Shown: positions 26,504-38,765 of the stretch, in pieces
Position numbering within the stretch: the first letter of the stretch is position 1
Layout: every line of letters begins with the position of its first letter
Source of the DNA: Macrostomum hystrix
Taxonomy: Eukaryota > Animalia > Platyhelminthes
Assembly: GCA_950097015.1 (NCBI GenBank)
Contig: CATNEN010000028.1
Location: forward strand, 744,001 to 808,000
Direction of reading: 5' to 3'
DNA: 64,000 nucleotides
The notes under the pieces: generated by a model
Seen by the model: only the letters and a program-made list of their open reading frames with translations
The model's database searches: none
What the model was told of the DNA's origin: nothing
Made by a program: the position numbers and the translations under genes

Positions 26504-29500
26504 ATGAGCTCAATCGTCTTATTTGCCTTCTTCTTTTTCGCCCTAAGTCTGGGAGGTTTCAGGCAAGGCCGCTTGTTGCGTAATTTGCTCGACAGAAGAG
26601 GCTTTTGATGGGGCCGGAGTAGCCGCAAATGAGGCTCCGGGTGGAGGGCGCGCCGACCATCGCATTGAGGAAATTCGGTTTATTTCGGCAAGATTCTGAA
26701 AAAAAGACAGATGCTCCTGCGCCACGGAGTAGCTCAAACTAGCCCGCTCATTCCATCCGCACTGGAAACCGGAATCGGCGCTGCTGCCCCAGACAGTTTG
26801 TTGCCCCCCCGGGACAAGAATGCATCCCATCTAGCTGCGGCCCTTCTCTTCTTCTTTCATTCTCGTCTACACAAACTTGATAAATTGGGGCACAGAAGAC
26901 GCGCAGGATAGTGAGAAATGAATGAGAGGAGCTGTGGTAGCACTTGAGGAATGTATAGGGTCTCACTGTTTCACATGCAGTACTAAACAACGATACTAAA
27001 CAAGCTAAGAAGATTGGAGTAATTTTTCAAGCAAGAATTTTTTCAAAACTATCAAATCTTTTGAGCGTTTTTAGAGCGACATCAGTTTGAGAGATCCAAA
27101 CGGATTTTCAGATAAGATACTGATAGAAAAAAGCAAATCGGGAACTTTATCTTTTAGGCAAACAGACTCGGATTTTGGCTGCGAATAGCAAATACAAGGA
27201 ACTGCACTTTGAGAATTAGATCATCTAAGTGTTTGCTGGAACGAGCTCAGGTAGATAGACACTCAGCAAAGGAAGTGCTAGATTTATGTTGAGATTCGCA
27301 AAGTTGTTGTACAAAAGAAAACAAGACTTTCTCATTCTCCTTACGTCTTATATTTAGAGCATGCGACAAAATCGGTAAAGCTTTCTAAGAAAAATCCTGA
27401 TATTTTTCAGGTAAAAAACTTGTGCGTACCTCTGATTTGCATATTTTTCTTTAATTTTTTAAAACTGGTAATAATCATTAAGACTACTATATACTTGCTT
27501 TTTTATTAGAAGTATAGCCCAGATTGCGCGTGTGTGTGTATATATATATCGGGGTGAAGGCTGATAGGGCAGTGTGTACATCGGGGTGAAGGCTGATAGG
27601 GCAGTGTGTACATCGGGGTGAAGGCTGATAGGGCAGTGTGTACATCGGGGGGGTGAAGGCTGATAGGGCAGTGTGTACATCGGGTTTGATAGTGATCAGA
27701 TAAGACGAGTCGAGGGCTTTGTCTATCCAATGCGTCAGGAAGAATTTCAAACTAAGCAAACTCATCAAATTCGCACCCAGACGGCCTGTCACTCGCGTCT
27801 CCGTGCGCCGCAACCGAGTCCGACTTTGAGCAGGCTCTGGCTAGTTGTTTTAGCCAGTTCGGCGACAAGATCCCCAGGGAGATGATCGCCAATATGGTCC
27901 AGTCCAAGACTGACGGCCTGGTGGCGGAGCTTGAGCTCAGTCTGCACTCAAGTCACCAGATGGCCGAGCTGTGCAGGTCAGTAAGCCAGCCAGACAATTT
28001 GTTTTTGATGCCCTGTCAAGTCTGGAATGGACGCGACTGCGGGTCCGTGACCCGACTGACTAATCGTCGGAGCTTATGCTAATCAGTTGCACAGCCCATC
28101 CACCATCAATCCCTAAGCTTCTCTGAATTATTGCAAGTCCGGGAAACGTCTCAGTGAAGGGCGTTACTGGCCTACCTTCTTTCTCTTCTTCCTGCTTCTT
28201 AGTCACTAGCCTAGAAGCACGACTGCGAGCCTATAGCAATCTGAAGAGAGAGGAAAGTTGCCGCACTGGAGTGTGTAGGCTTCCAATTACATGTCACTGC
28301 ATACCACCTGCATCTGCATACCTTTGTCTTTCACTCAAATTTTGCTAAAGGCCTGGGCCAATCTTAGTTACTACTCCGGCCCACTATAGCCATGCTGCCA
28401 AGGAGGTCAATGGGTTCGTTCGCGCTCTGCCAGATCAAGTGGAATGTCCATCCGGACCCTTCACCAACACTTGGCTTTGCCCGCCTGCACTGGCGTCTGC
28501 CGAAGAAGGGAAATTGGGATGCGAGAGGTGGGAGACGAGTTTTCAGGTTGCAGTCAAAGCCAAGGGTGGATTAGGAAAAGTGCTTGAACATCGTTTTGAC
28601 TGATTTGTAAACTGGCTTCCTGCAGCTACTGGCTGACATGCTTTCTCCTTCAAATACATCTATTGTTCAACCTTTTGACGATTCGGACCAAAAACTGCTC
28701 AATCTCTCCTTCCCATCCACTCTCCTCTGTTCCTCATCCCCTCCCCTCTCTTTCCCATCCACTCTCCACTCTTCCTCTCCTCTCTTTCTCATCCCCACTC
28801 CTCTCTCTCCCATCCTTTCTCAAACACTTACTAACCCATCTTCGGTGTGGGCACACACAATTAGCGTCCAACATGTCGGGTCCAATATTTGTGATTTGTC
28901 AGCCTTCACACACCTAAAGCGCTGAGACACGGTTGAACAGCAACAAGATAGGCCAATAGTATCGGGCAAGGCTAACAGATGGAGTGTGACTGACAGGCTG
29001 TAGTCGGTGATGCAACACCCTCCTAGCCCCGACCTCAACCCCCATCCCTGATGGCTTTTCTCCCCTCCACAGTGCGGGCAATTTGCATGTTGACTCAGGC
29101 CGCCAGTGAAAGTCTTCTTCCAGAGGCAGAAGAGTCTTGGATGGATTTTTTCATTGCTCTCCCAGCGGGACCACATTCAAAGCCAATTAGGATGGTCCCC
29201 CTAATGCATTAATTCCCTCAGTAGGATTGCGTCACAGCTCCGATCAACTCCTCATCTTGCTCTTTCAAATCGTGTTGAGCACACAGAAGGTTCTCATTAA
29301 ATACTTCATATTGGCCTCAAACATTGAGCAATTGTGATCAACTTCGCTCGATTCCTGAGCTCCATTCTGCGACGAGGCCACATTAATTTTTGGGGCGATG
29401 AGAAATTCAGGGCAGATGTGTGCTCAGGAGTCAGCGGAAGGGATAATATGTCCTCTCGCCGGCTGCATTCAATGATTGCTTTTTTGTAAAAAAAAATTGC

Positions 29501-32500
29501 CTTTAAAGTAAGCAAAACAGTGCACAATTTTTAGTTAGTTAAACGGATTAACTTTAATTCGATCAAAGTTAGTTCCTTTATATCTCCGTTATTTCCGTTA
29601 CTATCATTAAAAAGCACATATTTAAACTTGTTTCTTAAATTTTTTCCCGGTACTATTCCAAATCGCTATACTAAATGATCGATTTTAAAAAATTGCTTAG
29701 TATAAAAAGTAACGATTATTAACTAATAAGTAACTATTATTAACTAATAAGTAACTATTATTAACTAATAAGTAACGATCATTACCTAATAAGTAACGAT
29801 TATTAACTAATAAGTAACGATTATTAACTAATAAGTAACGATTATTAACTAATAAGTAACGTTTTTTAACTAATAAGTAACGTTTATTAACTAATAAGTA
29901 ACGTTTTTATCGATTTAGTAACGATTAAGAAATTTACGAGTAACGATACTGTCTGAGTATTGAAAATAGTGATCCAATGAGAATCGTCAAACAAAATACG
30001 ATCATTCGTTCCGTTAATCGTTAAAAAACAGTGATCAGAAGCTGCCAGCGTTCAAGGCCTGTCAGGATGCGGTGATGAACAGCAGTCAGTCTCGCTGGTC
30101 CGGCTGCTCCTGGTGGAGCCACAAGGCCAGCAATTATCTGTACAAGCTGAATGGCTATTACAAAACTGTTTGCCTGCCGAAAGGTCAGCCGGCTCATTGC
30201 TGACGGCTGGGAAGCGGGATTTGGGAGAATTTAGGAAAAATAGATGCGGGAAACTGATGAATGAAGGATGATTTGGGGAAACAAGGATGGGAAAATAGAG
30301 ATGACTATTGGGAAGATAGTAATAGAATTAAGATGAGTATGAGGATAAGGGTAAGGTGAACAATGGGGAAGGGGAAGGGGATAGGGAAGAGAATGAGGGG
30401 ATGCAAAAGAGAGTAAGAGGATGGGGAAAGGAAGGAGAGATGGGGAAGAGAATGAGAGGAAGGGGAAGAGAATGAGAGGAAGGGGAACAGAATAAGGGGA
30501 TGGGGAAGAGAATGAGGGGATGGGGAAGAGAATGAGAGAAAGGGGAAGAGAATGAGGGGAAGGGAAGAGAATGAGAGAAAGGGGAAGAGAATGAGAGGAA
30601 GGGGAAGAGAATGAGAGGAAGGGGAAGAGAATGAGAGGAAGGGGAAGAGAATGAGAGGAAGGGAAGAGAATGAGAGGAAGGGGAAGAGAATGAGGGGATG
30701 GGGAACAGAATAAGGGGATGGGGAAGAGAATGAGAGGAAGGGAAGAGAATGAGAGGAAATGAAGAGAATGAGAGGAAGGGGAAGAGAATGAGAGGGAGGG
30801 GGAAGAGAATGAAAAGAAGGGGAAGAGAATTAGAGGAAGGGAAGAGAATGAGAGGAAGGGAAGAGAATGAGAGGAAGTGGAAGAGAATGAGGGGATGGGG
30901 AACAGAATAAGGGGATGGGGAAGAGAATGAGAGGAAGGGGAAGAGAATGAGAGGAAGGGAAGAGAATGAGGGGATGGGGAACAGAATAAGGGGATGGGGA
31001 AGAGAATGAGAGGAAGGGAAGAGAATGAGAGGAAGGGGAAGAGAATGAGAGGAAGGGAAGAGAATGAGAGGAAGGGGAAGAGAATGAGAGGAAGGGAAGA
31101 GAATGAAAAGAAGGGGAAGAGAATGAGAGGAAGGGGAAGAGAATGAGAGAAAGGGGAAGAGAATGAGGGGAAGGGGAAGAGAACGAGAGGAAGGGGGGAA
31201 GAGAATGAGAGGAAGGGGAAGAGAATGAGAGGAAGGGTAGAGAATGAGAGGAAGGGGAAGAGAATGAGGGGATGGGGAACAGAATAAGGGGAAGGGGAAG
31301 AGAACAAGAGGAAGGGGAAGAGAATGAGAGGAAGGGAAAGAGAATGAGAGGAAGGGGAAGAGAATCAGAGGAAGGGAAATAGAATGAGGGGATGGGGAAG
31401 AGAATGAGAGGAAGGGGAAGAGAATGAGGGGATGGGGAAGAGAATAAGAGGATGCAAAAGAGAGTAAAAATTTGAGAGTCAAAAGAGTAGAGAAAATTCG
31501 AAAGAAAGCAGGATAAAAAGCATATTAATGAGTCAATCGGACGCAGAGAATCGAACCACAGACTAACCAATCCATTCCTGTGCAGTCTACAAGGCCAATT
31601 GGGACTGCATAGGCAGGCAATTGTCCAGCTACCTAGCAGAGCGTTGCAGCAAAATGATGTCGCAACGAAACCGGCTCTCGCTGGGCAGCGAGTGCGAGCT
31701 CAGCAACGAATACCTGGGCTGCCTCAGCGCCCTGGTTGGCACCGGCTGCGACAGGGACTCGGAGCGCCAGTTCCAGCCTGTGGTGGCAAGAATGCTCGGC
31801 TCGCACAGTTGCAGGCGGCTGTACGACTTCCGCTGGCCCGAATACGGTGCGGACACCCCTTCTACTAAGCCTTCCCTTCTAATCCTTCTTTTATCCTACT
31901 CTTTCCCTCTCTTATAATCCTTCTCTCCTAATCCTTCTCTTTAAATCCTTCTCTCCTAATCCTTCCCTTTAAATCCTTCTCATCTCCTAATCCTTCCCTA
32001 TAAATCCTTCTTATCTCCTAATCCTTCTCTTTAAATCCTTCTCATCTCCTAATCCTTTCTCTTTAAATCCTTCTCATCTCCTAATCCTTCTCTTTAAATC
32101 CTTCTCTCCTAATCCTTCTCTTTAAATCCTTCTCATCTCCTAATCCTTCCCTTTAAATCCTTCTCATTTCCTAATCCTTCTCTTTAAATCCTTCTCATTT
32201 CCTAATCCTTCTCTTTAAATCCTTCTCATTTCCTAATCCTTCCCTTTAAATCCTTCTCATCTCCTAATCCTTCCCTTTAAATCCTTCTCATCTCCTAATC
32301 CTTCCCTTTAAATCCTTCTCATCTCCTAATCCTTCCCTTTAAATCCTTCTCATCTCCTAATCCTTCCTTCCTGCTGTCCCAATCCGCAGCTTTCAAATTC
32401 GGGCCGAGCTGCGCCAGCAACTTCCAGGCCTACGTCCGCGAGAACGAAGAGCTGTTCCGCGTGCGCAGCGAGTTCATGCTCAGCGGCGAGTTTCCCATAG

Positions 32501-34429
32501 CGAGGCCGGGGCGCGAATTGAACTTGCAGCGCGAACTGTGCGAGTGAGTGCACCCAAGCCGTTCTACTCTCGACTTTTTCTGTATAATGCCGCTAAAATT
32601 TCAGATCAATGCAGCACAAAAACAGCAGCTGGCCGTGTTCGAGTTGTTTTTATTCCCATCCAAATTATCCAATTCTGAGACACGGGAGTTTAGAGTTGAA
32701 TTATCGAATTAAGACAGGCAAATTATATTCCCATGCGGGAGAGTAGCAATACTGACGGCTGGATCCTGTCAGAGACGTCACAAAATAACTTTAGACAATC
32801 AATATTTCAAAGCCAAAGTTAATTTGATTTTAAATTTTTAATAAAAAAAAACTTACCTAAAATATTTCCAGCGCAGTCAGGGACTATAAAGAGCGGGCGA
32901 ACAGCACCAGCAGACTGTGTCCGTATGGCTACAACCTGCTGAGGGCCCTGTTTGAATGGAAGCCGCACTATTTTCAGATGGAATTCATCTGTCACAACCT
33001 CATGGGTAAGCGGATTGCTGAACAGTTTAGAAGAACAGAAGTTTGGCAATGACACATAGTTTGGTGACAGCCAGCGAGGAGGCAATTCTGCCCATTCGCT
33101 AACTCCTGAGTACACGCGCACACAGATACTGTACGCAGGCACACGCTCACACATGTGTGTACATCTGCCTTGACTTTCTCATCGTCAGGCAGTGTACAAT
33201 CCCACTGTGCCTTGGAGGTTGGCCCTCAACGGCGTAAATTGAACGACAAGCACCGAAGCCTTCTCTCCGCGTCTGGGCCAAAATGGATGTGGCCTCACCA
33301 CGGAATCGAGCTCAGGGACCTTGGTGCGAGAGGCAAACGCGTTAGACCGCTCTGCCACTCACTCCACTGGGATTTGAGACAGGGTGTTAGGGATTTGAGA
33401 TTAGGGTGTTAGGGATTTGAGATCAGGGTGCTAGGGATTTGAGATCAGGGTGCTAGGGATTTGAGATCAGGGTGCTAGGGATTTGAGATCAGGGTGTTAG
33501 GGATTTGAGATCAGGGTGCTAGGGATTTGAGATCAGGGTGTTAGGGATTTGAGATTAAGGTGTTAGGGTTTTGGGATCAGGGTGTTAGGGATTTGGGATC
33601 AGGGTGTTAGGGATTTGAGATCAGAGTGTTAGGGATTTGAGATCAGGCTGTTAGGGATTTGAGATCAGTGTGTTAGGGGATTTGAGATCAGTGTGTCAGG
33701 GATTTGAGATCAGGCTGTTAGGAGGTTTAAGATCAGAGTTTTAAGGGATTTGTGATCAGGGTTTTAGGGATTCGAGATCAGGGTGTCAGGGATTTGAGAT
33801 CAGAGTGTTAGGGATTTGGGATCAGGGTGTTAGGCTTTGAGATCTGGGAGCATTGACAACGCTCTCGCCCGCATCGGCCCGCAGAGTACTCATCGTCTCT
33901 GCGCTGCATGCAGACGGCCTCGTTGGGCCAGTGCGAGGGGCACCTGAACGAGGCCAGACGCATCCTGTTCCACCGGCTGGAGATGCAGTGCACAGACTAC
34001 TACAATAAGCACCGCCTGACGGACCTCCAGTCGGCCTGGGACGCTTGCAGTCGCTGCCTCGAGGCGGCCATGTCGCGACAGTGCGGCGACACCGCCGGTC
34101 GCCTGTTTGGGGCGCTGGTTCGAATGCGCAACAGTCGACTCAAGTTTGAGATCGACTGCAACGGCGCGTATGTTAGCCAGAACTACACCATGGAGAGATT
34201 CGCGCTGCGGCCAGAAACGCCTGTCACAAGATCCACATTTACGAATGAGTACGTGGCAGACGGAGGGGGCAGTAGCGCCGCTGGCAGCGGTTGGCAACAA
34301 CAGCAGCAGCATCAACAGTCGAAGGTTCGGACTGGCGTCGGCTCGAGCAAGTCGGCTGGCTTGCGAGCTTCGGCACAATTGGTGACCGCGGCGGCTGCGG
34401 CCCTGGTGGCTGTTTGGCTGTTTCGCTAA
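26504..34429 (+). CDS. Predicted GPI-anchored Cys-rich cell-surface protein, about 497 aa, 7 exons
   Basis: Exons 26504-26555 (signal peptide MSSIVLFAFFFFALSLG; least certain exon), 27781-27976, 30032-30183, 31586-31846, 32390-32543, 32872-33005 and 33885-34429. All junctions are GT-AG and phase-consistent (1,2,1,1,2,1), total 1494 nt. The C-terminus is a Ser/Gly spacer plus hydrophobic tail LVTAAAAALVAVWLFR. Family not recognised. Confidence 0.8.
27550..27680. repeat. 32-bp minisatellite (CGGGGTGAAGGCTGATAGGGCAGTGTGTACAT), about 4 units
   Basis: Directly visible. Confidence 0.92.
29354..29441 (+). mobile_element. Internally deleted SINE copy D
   Basis: CTGAGCTC..GAGGCCACAT..TTTGGGGCG joined directly to GATGAGAAATTCAGGGCAGATGTG and TGCTCAGGAGTCAGCG. 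Confidence 0.6.
29710..29905. repeat. 21-bp AT-rich minisatellite (TAACTAATAAGTAACGATTAT)
   Basis: Directly visible. Confidence 0.93.
30365..31460. repeat. About 20-bp purine-rich minisatellite (GAGGAAGGGGAAGAGAATGA), intronic
   Basis: Directly visible. Confidence 0.96.
31870..32368. repeat. About 31-bp pyrimidine-rich minisatellite (TTAAATCCTTCTCATCTCCTAATCCTTCCCT) filling an intron
   Basis: Directly visible; ends about 20 nt before the acceptor at 32389. Confidence 0.95.
33078..33362 (-). mobile_element. tRNA-derived SINE, copy B (near full length)
   Basis: Reverse complement has TGGCAGAGCGG (A-box-like), GAGCTCGATTCC (B-box-like) and the same body and tail as copy A. Confidence 0.8.
33370..33845. 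repeat. 22-bp minisatellite (GGGATTTGAGATCAGGGTGTTA)
   Basis: Directly visible; TTAGGG or CTAGGG at most unit junctions. Confidence 0.95.
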
Positions 34430-34689
34430 ACCGGACATGCGATTGATCCAGTCAATAGGGTTTCAAGATTGAACTAATAAAAACTTAGATTTAAGAAGCT
34501 TGACGAGTTTGTTGTCTATAAGCTCATTTACAGACAACATTATTGATTTAATATGGGTTATGGGTTACGGTTAAAGAATTTCAGAGTTTAGAGTCTGAGA
34601 TGTTAAATGGGGTTGAGGGGTCTAGGGCAAAAATGTTCTTGGAGTTGTCGGTCCTTGGTTTGAGGGGTTGAGGGTCTGAGGGGCGTAGG

Positions 34690-35340
34690 GGTTTGGAATC
34701 TGGGGGTATAGGGGTCATTCTGAGGAGCGTAGGGGTTTGGAATCTGGGGGGATAGGGGTCATTCTGAGGAGCGTAGGGGTTTGCTGTTCAGCGTACGGGT
34801 TAGGAATCTGAGGGGTGTAGGGGTTAGGAATCTGAGGGGTGTAGGGGTTAGGAATCTGAGGGGTGTAGGGGTTAGGAATCTGAGGGGTGTAGGGGTTAGG
34901 AATCTGAGGGGTGTAGGGGTTAGGAATCTGAGGGGTGTAGGGGTTAGGAATCTGAGGGGTGTAGGGGTTAGGAATCTGAGGGGTGTAGGGGTTGGGAATC
35001 TGAGGGGTGTAGGGGTTAGGAATCTGAGGGGTGTAGGGGTTAGGAATCTGAGGGGTGTAGGGGTTAGGAATCTGAGGGGTGTAGGGGTTAGGAATCTGAG
35101 GGGTGTAGGGGTTAGGAATCTGAGGGGTGTAGGGGTTAGGAATCTGAGGGGTGTAGGGGTTAGGAATCTGAGAGGTGTAAGGGTTGAGGGTCTGAGGGGT
35201 GTAGGGGTTGAGGGTCTGAGGGGTGTAGGGGTTGAGGGTCTAAGGGGTGTAGGGGTTGAGGGTCTGAGGGGTGTAAGTGTTGAGGGTCTGAGGGGTGTAG
35301 TGGTTGAGGTTCAGAGGGGCGAAGGGATTAGGAAACTGAG
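34690..35340. repeat. 24-bp G-rich minisatellite (GGGGTTAGGAATCTGAGGGGTGTA)
   Basis: Directly visible; explains the (RNLRGVGV)n ORF. Confidence 0.96.
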
Positions 35341-36084
35341 GGTTGTAGGGGTTCAGGGTTCTTGGGGACGTAGCGGGTTAGGAATTTGATTGGTGTAGGG
35401 GTTAAATGATAGATAATCATTGATCTAGGGTGCTAAGATTTGATTGGCTGAAGAATTGAGGTGTGTCTGAGTGGTTTTCGTTCAGTGGTTGAGTTACCCC
35501 GATTTAGTATGGAGTTTAAATAAATGTCTTGACGAAGTTATGACAGGTTCAGCTAAAGCGCCATTTAATCGCTACCATTTTCACCCGTTTCGTGTTTCCT
35601 GCGCTAAAATTTGCATCTGGGGTTGTAGCGCCACTTAAGAACGGGTATAAAATGTAAGGTAAATTTCGACTAAAGGTGAAAATCGAAGTATGATTATGGT
35701 AATGGCATCTACCATTAAGGTAGATGCAGAAAAATCACGAAAGTCGCAGATTCCCCATTGCTCACTTATTGCTCTATCTTCGGCATAGTACTGGTAGTTT
35801 CGCCCGATAAAACTTAATACCTATATTATTATTTTCTGATAGCTTATTTGGGCAGTCCTGGCACTACCAGTCTTGTTTTCCAATTTGTATTGCACCCGTT
35901 TGCTTGTTATTTACGAAATGTTTAATACGTTTTTAAAATAATTGTTGCTTTTGAACTAAATTCGAATCTGCGGCCTAAATACATCAAGAATTAGACAGAC
36001 TGTCGTAGGTGCGAGCGAATGTATCAAAGGTAACTAAAAAGCATTATGATTACTAACTGCTATCACTACGAGACATTATGTTAG

Positions 36085-36485
36085 ATACACCCCAGTACCA
36101 TAAACACCCCAGTACCATAAACACCCCAGTACCATAGACACACCAGTACCATAGACACCCCAGTACCATAGACACCCCAGTACCATAGACACCCCAGTAC
36201 CATAGACACCCCAGTACCATAGACACCCCAGTACCATAGACACACCAGTACCATAGACACCCCAGTACCATAGACACCCCAGTACCATAGACACCCCAGT
36301 ACCATAAACACATCAGTACCATAGACACACCAGTACCATGACACCCCAGTACCATAAACACCCCAATTACCATAGACACCCCAGTGCCATAAACTCGTTG
36401 GTACCATAAACACATCAGTACCATAGACAACCCAGTACGATTGTGATATCTCATCACCATAGAGACACCCCTGCAGTACCATAGA
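36085..36485. repeat. 17-bp minisatellite (ACCCCAGTACCATAGAC)
   Basis: Directly visible. Confidence 0.95.
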
Positions 36486-36899
36486 GAAACCTCAGCAAAT
36501 CTTTGTTCAAGAATTGTAAAATTTGTATAAAACAATCAAGGCGATGTGTTCAATGTCATTGTTTTGGAACTTTTAGTAGTAGTAAATGGCTTCGTGCAAT
36601 GTGAGCAATTCTTTATTTGTGTTTTTTGCTGTTGCTTTTTTATTTAAACGAAAATCATAAAATTATGTAAATTATGTAATTTATCTTTGACTTCACGCGA
36701 CGCAGCCCAAATACATTATATAGCCGTGTATGCGTAAATTCCCGAATACAATCTATTTTTTGCTGGCTTTCCATATTAAAGCCGAATTTGAGGAAATAAT
36801 ATATGATCAACAACGAACATCGGCTTAATGTTTGCAGATATTGAGAACATCAACAATTAGTATCCTTTCAATCAGTCTCTTCAAAAATCCCAGAATCTA

Positions 36900-38765
36900 C
36901 AAAGACCAATCCAAAAATCCAAAATACCTGAACCAAAAAATGAATTCATAAGATCTGAAGCCACACAAAGGCCACAAATCCGTACGAAATGAAGCTTCAA
37001 AGACCAGCAATCCATAAGACCTGAAGCTACAAAGACCACCAATCCGTAATAAATGAAGCTACAAAGACTACCAATCCGTAATTCCTGAAGCTACAAAGGC
37101 CAAAATCCGTAATACCTGAAGCTACAAATACCAGCAATCCATAAGACCTGAAGCTACAAAGGCCACAAATCCGTAATTCCTGAAGCTACAAAGGCCAAAA
37201 TCCGTAATACCTGAAGCTACAAAGACCAGCAATCCATAAGACCTGAAGCTACAAAGGCCACAAATCCGTAATTCCTGAAGCTACAAAGGCCACCAATCCG
37301 TATTACCTGAAGCTACAAAGGCCACAAATCCGTAATAAATGAAGCTACAAAGACTACCAATCCGTAATACCTGAAGCTACAAAGACCACCAATCCGTATT
37401 ACCTGAAGCTACAAAGGCCACAAATCCGTAATAAATGAAGCTACAAAGACTACCAATCCGTAATACCTGAAGCTACAAAGGCCACAAATCCGTAATACCT
37501 GAAGCTACAAAGACCACCAATCCGTATTACCTGAAGCTACAAAGGCCACAAATCCGTAATAAATGAAGCTACAAAGACCAGCAATCCGTAATACCTGAAG
37601 CTACAAAGACCAGCAATCCGTATTACCTGAAGCTACAAAGGCCACAAATCCGTAATACCTGAAGCTACAAAGACCAATCTAAAAATCCAAAATACCTGAA
37701 CCAAAAAAATGAATTCGTAAGATCTGAAGCCATACAAAGGCCAAAAATCCGTACGAAATGAAGCTTCAAAGACCAGCAATCCATAAGACCTGAAGCTACA
37801 AAGACCACCAATCCGTAATAAATGAAGCTACAAAGACTACCAATCCGTAATTCCTGAAGCTACAAAGGCCACAAATCCGTAATAAATGAAGCTACAAAGA
37901 CTACCAATCCGTAATACCTGAAGCTACAAAGGCCACAAATCCGTAATACCTGAAGCTACAAAGACCACCAATCCGTATTACCTGAAGCTACAAAGGCCAC
38001 AAATCCGTAATAAATGAAGCTACAAAGACCAGCAATCCGTAATACCTGAAGCTACAAAGACCAGCAATCCGTATTACCTGAAGCTACAAAGGCCACAAAT
38101 CCGTAATACCTGAAGCTACAAAGACCACCAGTCCGTAATTCCTGAAGCTACAAAGGCCAAAATCCGTAATACCTGAAGCTACAAAGACCAGCAATCCATA
38201 AGACCTGAAGCTACAAAGGCCACAAATCCGTAATAAATGAAGCTACAAAGACTACCAATCCGTAATACCTGAAGCTACAAAGACCAGCAATCCGTATTAC
38301 CTGAAGCTACAAAGACCAGCAATCCAAAAGACCTGAAGCTACAAAGGCCACCAATCCGTAATTCCTGAAGCTACAAAGGCCACAAATCCGTAATAAATGA
38401 AGCTACAAAGACTACCAATCCGTAATTCCTGAAGCTACAAAGGCCACAAATCCGTAATACCTGAAGCTACAAAGACCACCAATCCGTATTACCTGAAGCT
38501 ACAAAGGCCACAAATCCGTAATAAATGAAGCTACAAAGACTACCAATCCGTAATACCTGAAGCTACAAAGACCACCAATCCGTATTACCTGAAGCTACAA
38601 AGGCCACAAATCCGTAATAAATGAAGCTACAAAGACTACCAATCCGTAATTCCTGAAGCTACAAAGGCCACAAATCCGTAATAAATGAAGCTACAAAGAC
38701 TACCAATCCGTAATTCCTGAAGCTACAAAGACCACCATTCCGTAGTACCTGAAGCAACAGAAAAC
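36900..38765. repeat. 32-bp minisatellite (CCTGAAGCTACAAAGGCCACAAATCCGTAATA) with a higher-order duplication of about 770 bp
   Basis: The degenerate leading block AAAATCCAAAATACCTGAACCAAAAAA at about 36915 reappears at about 37680. Confidence 0.95.

Noticed and set aside
33066-33105. HDV-ribozyme-like words GCGAATGGG and GCCTCCTCGCTGG on the minus strand
   Set aside because: They occur in the opposite order to HDV, I could not build the P1/P2/P3 pairings, and TCGCTGG is not shared by the other SINE copies.
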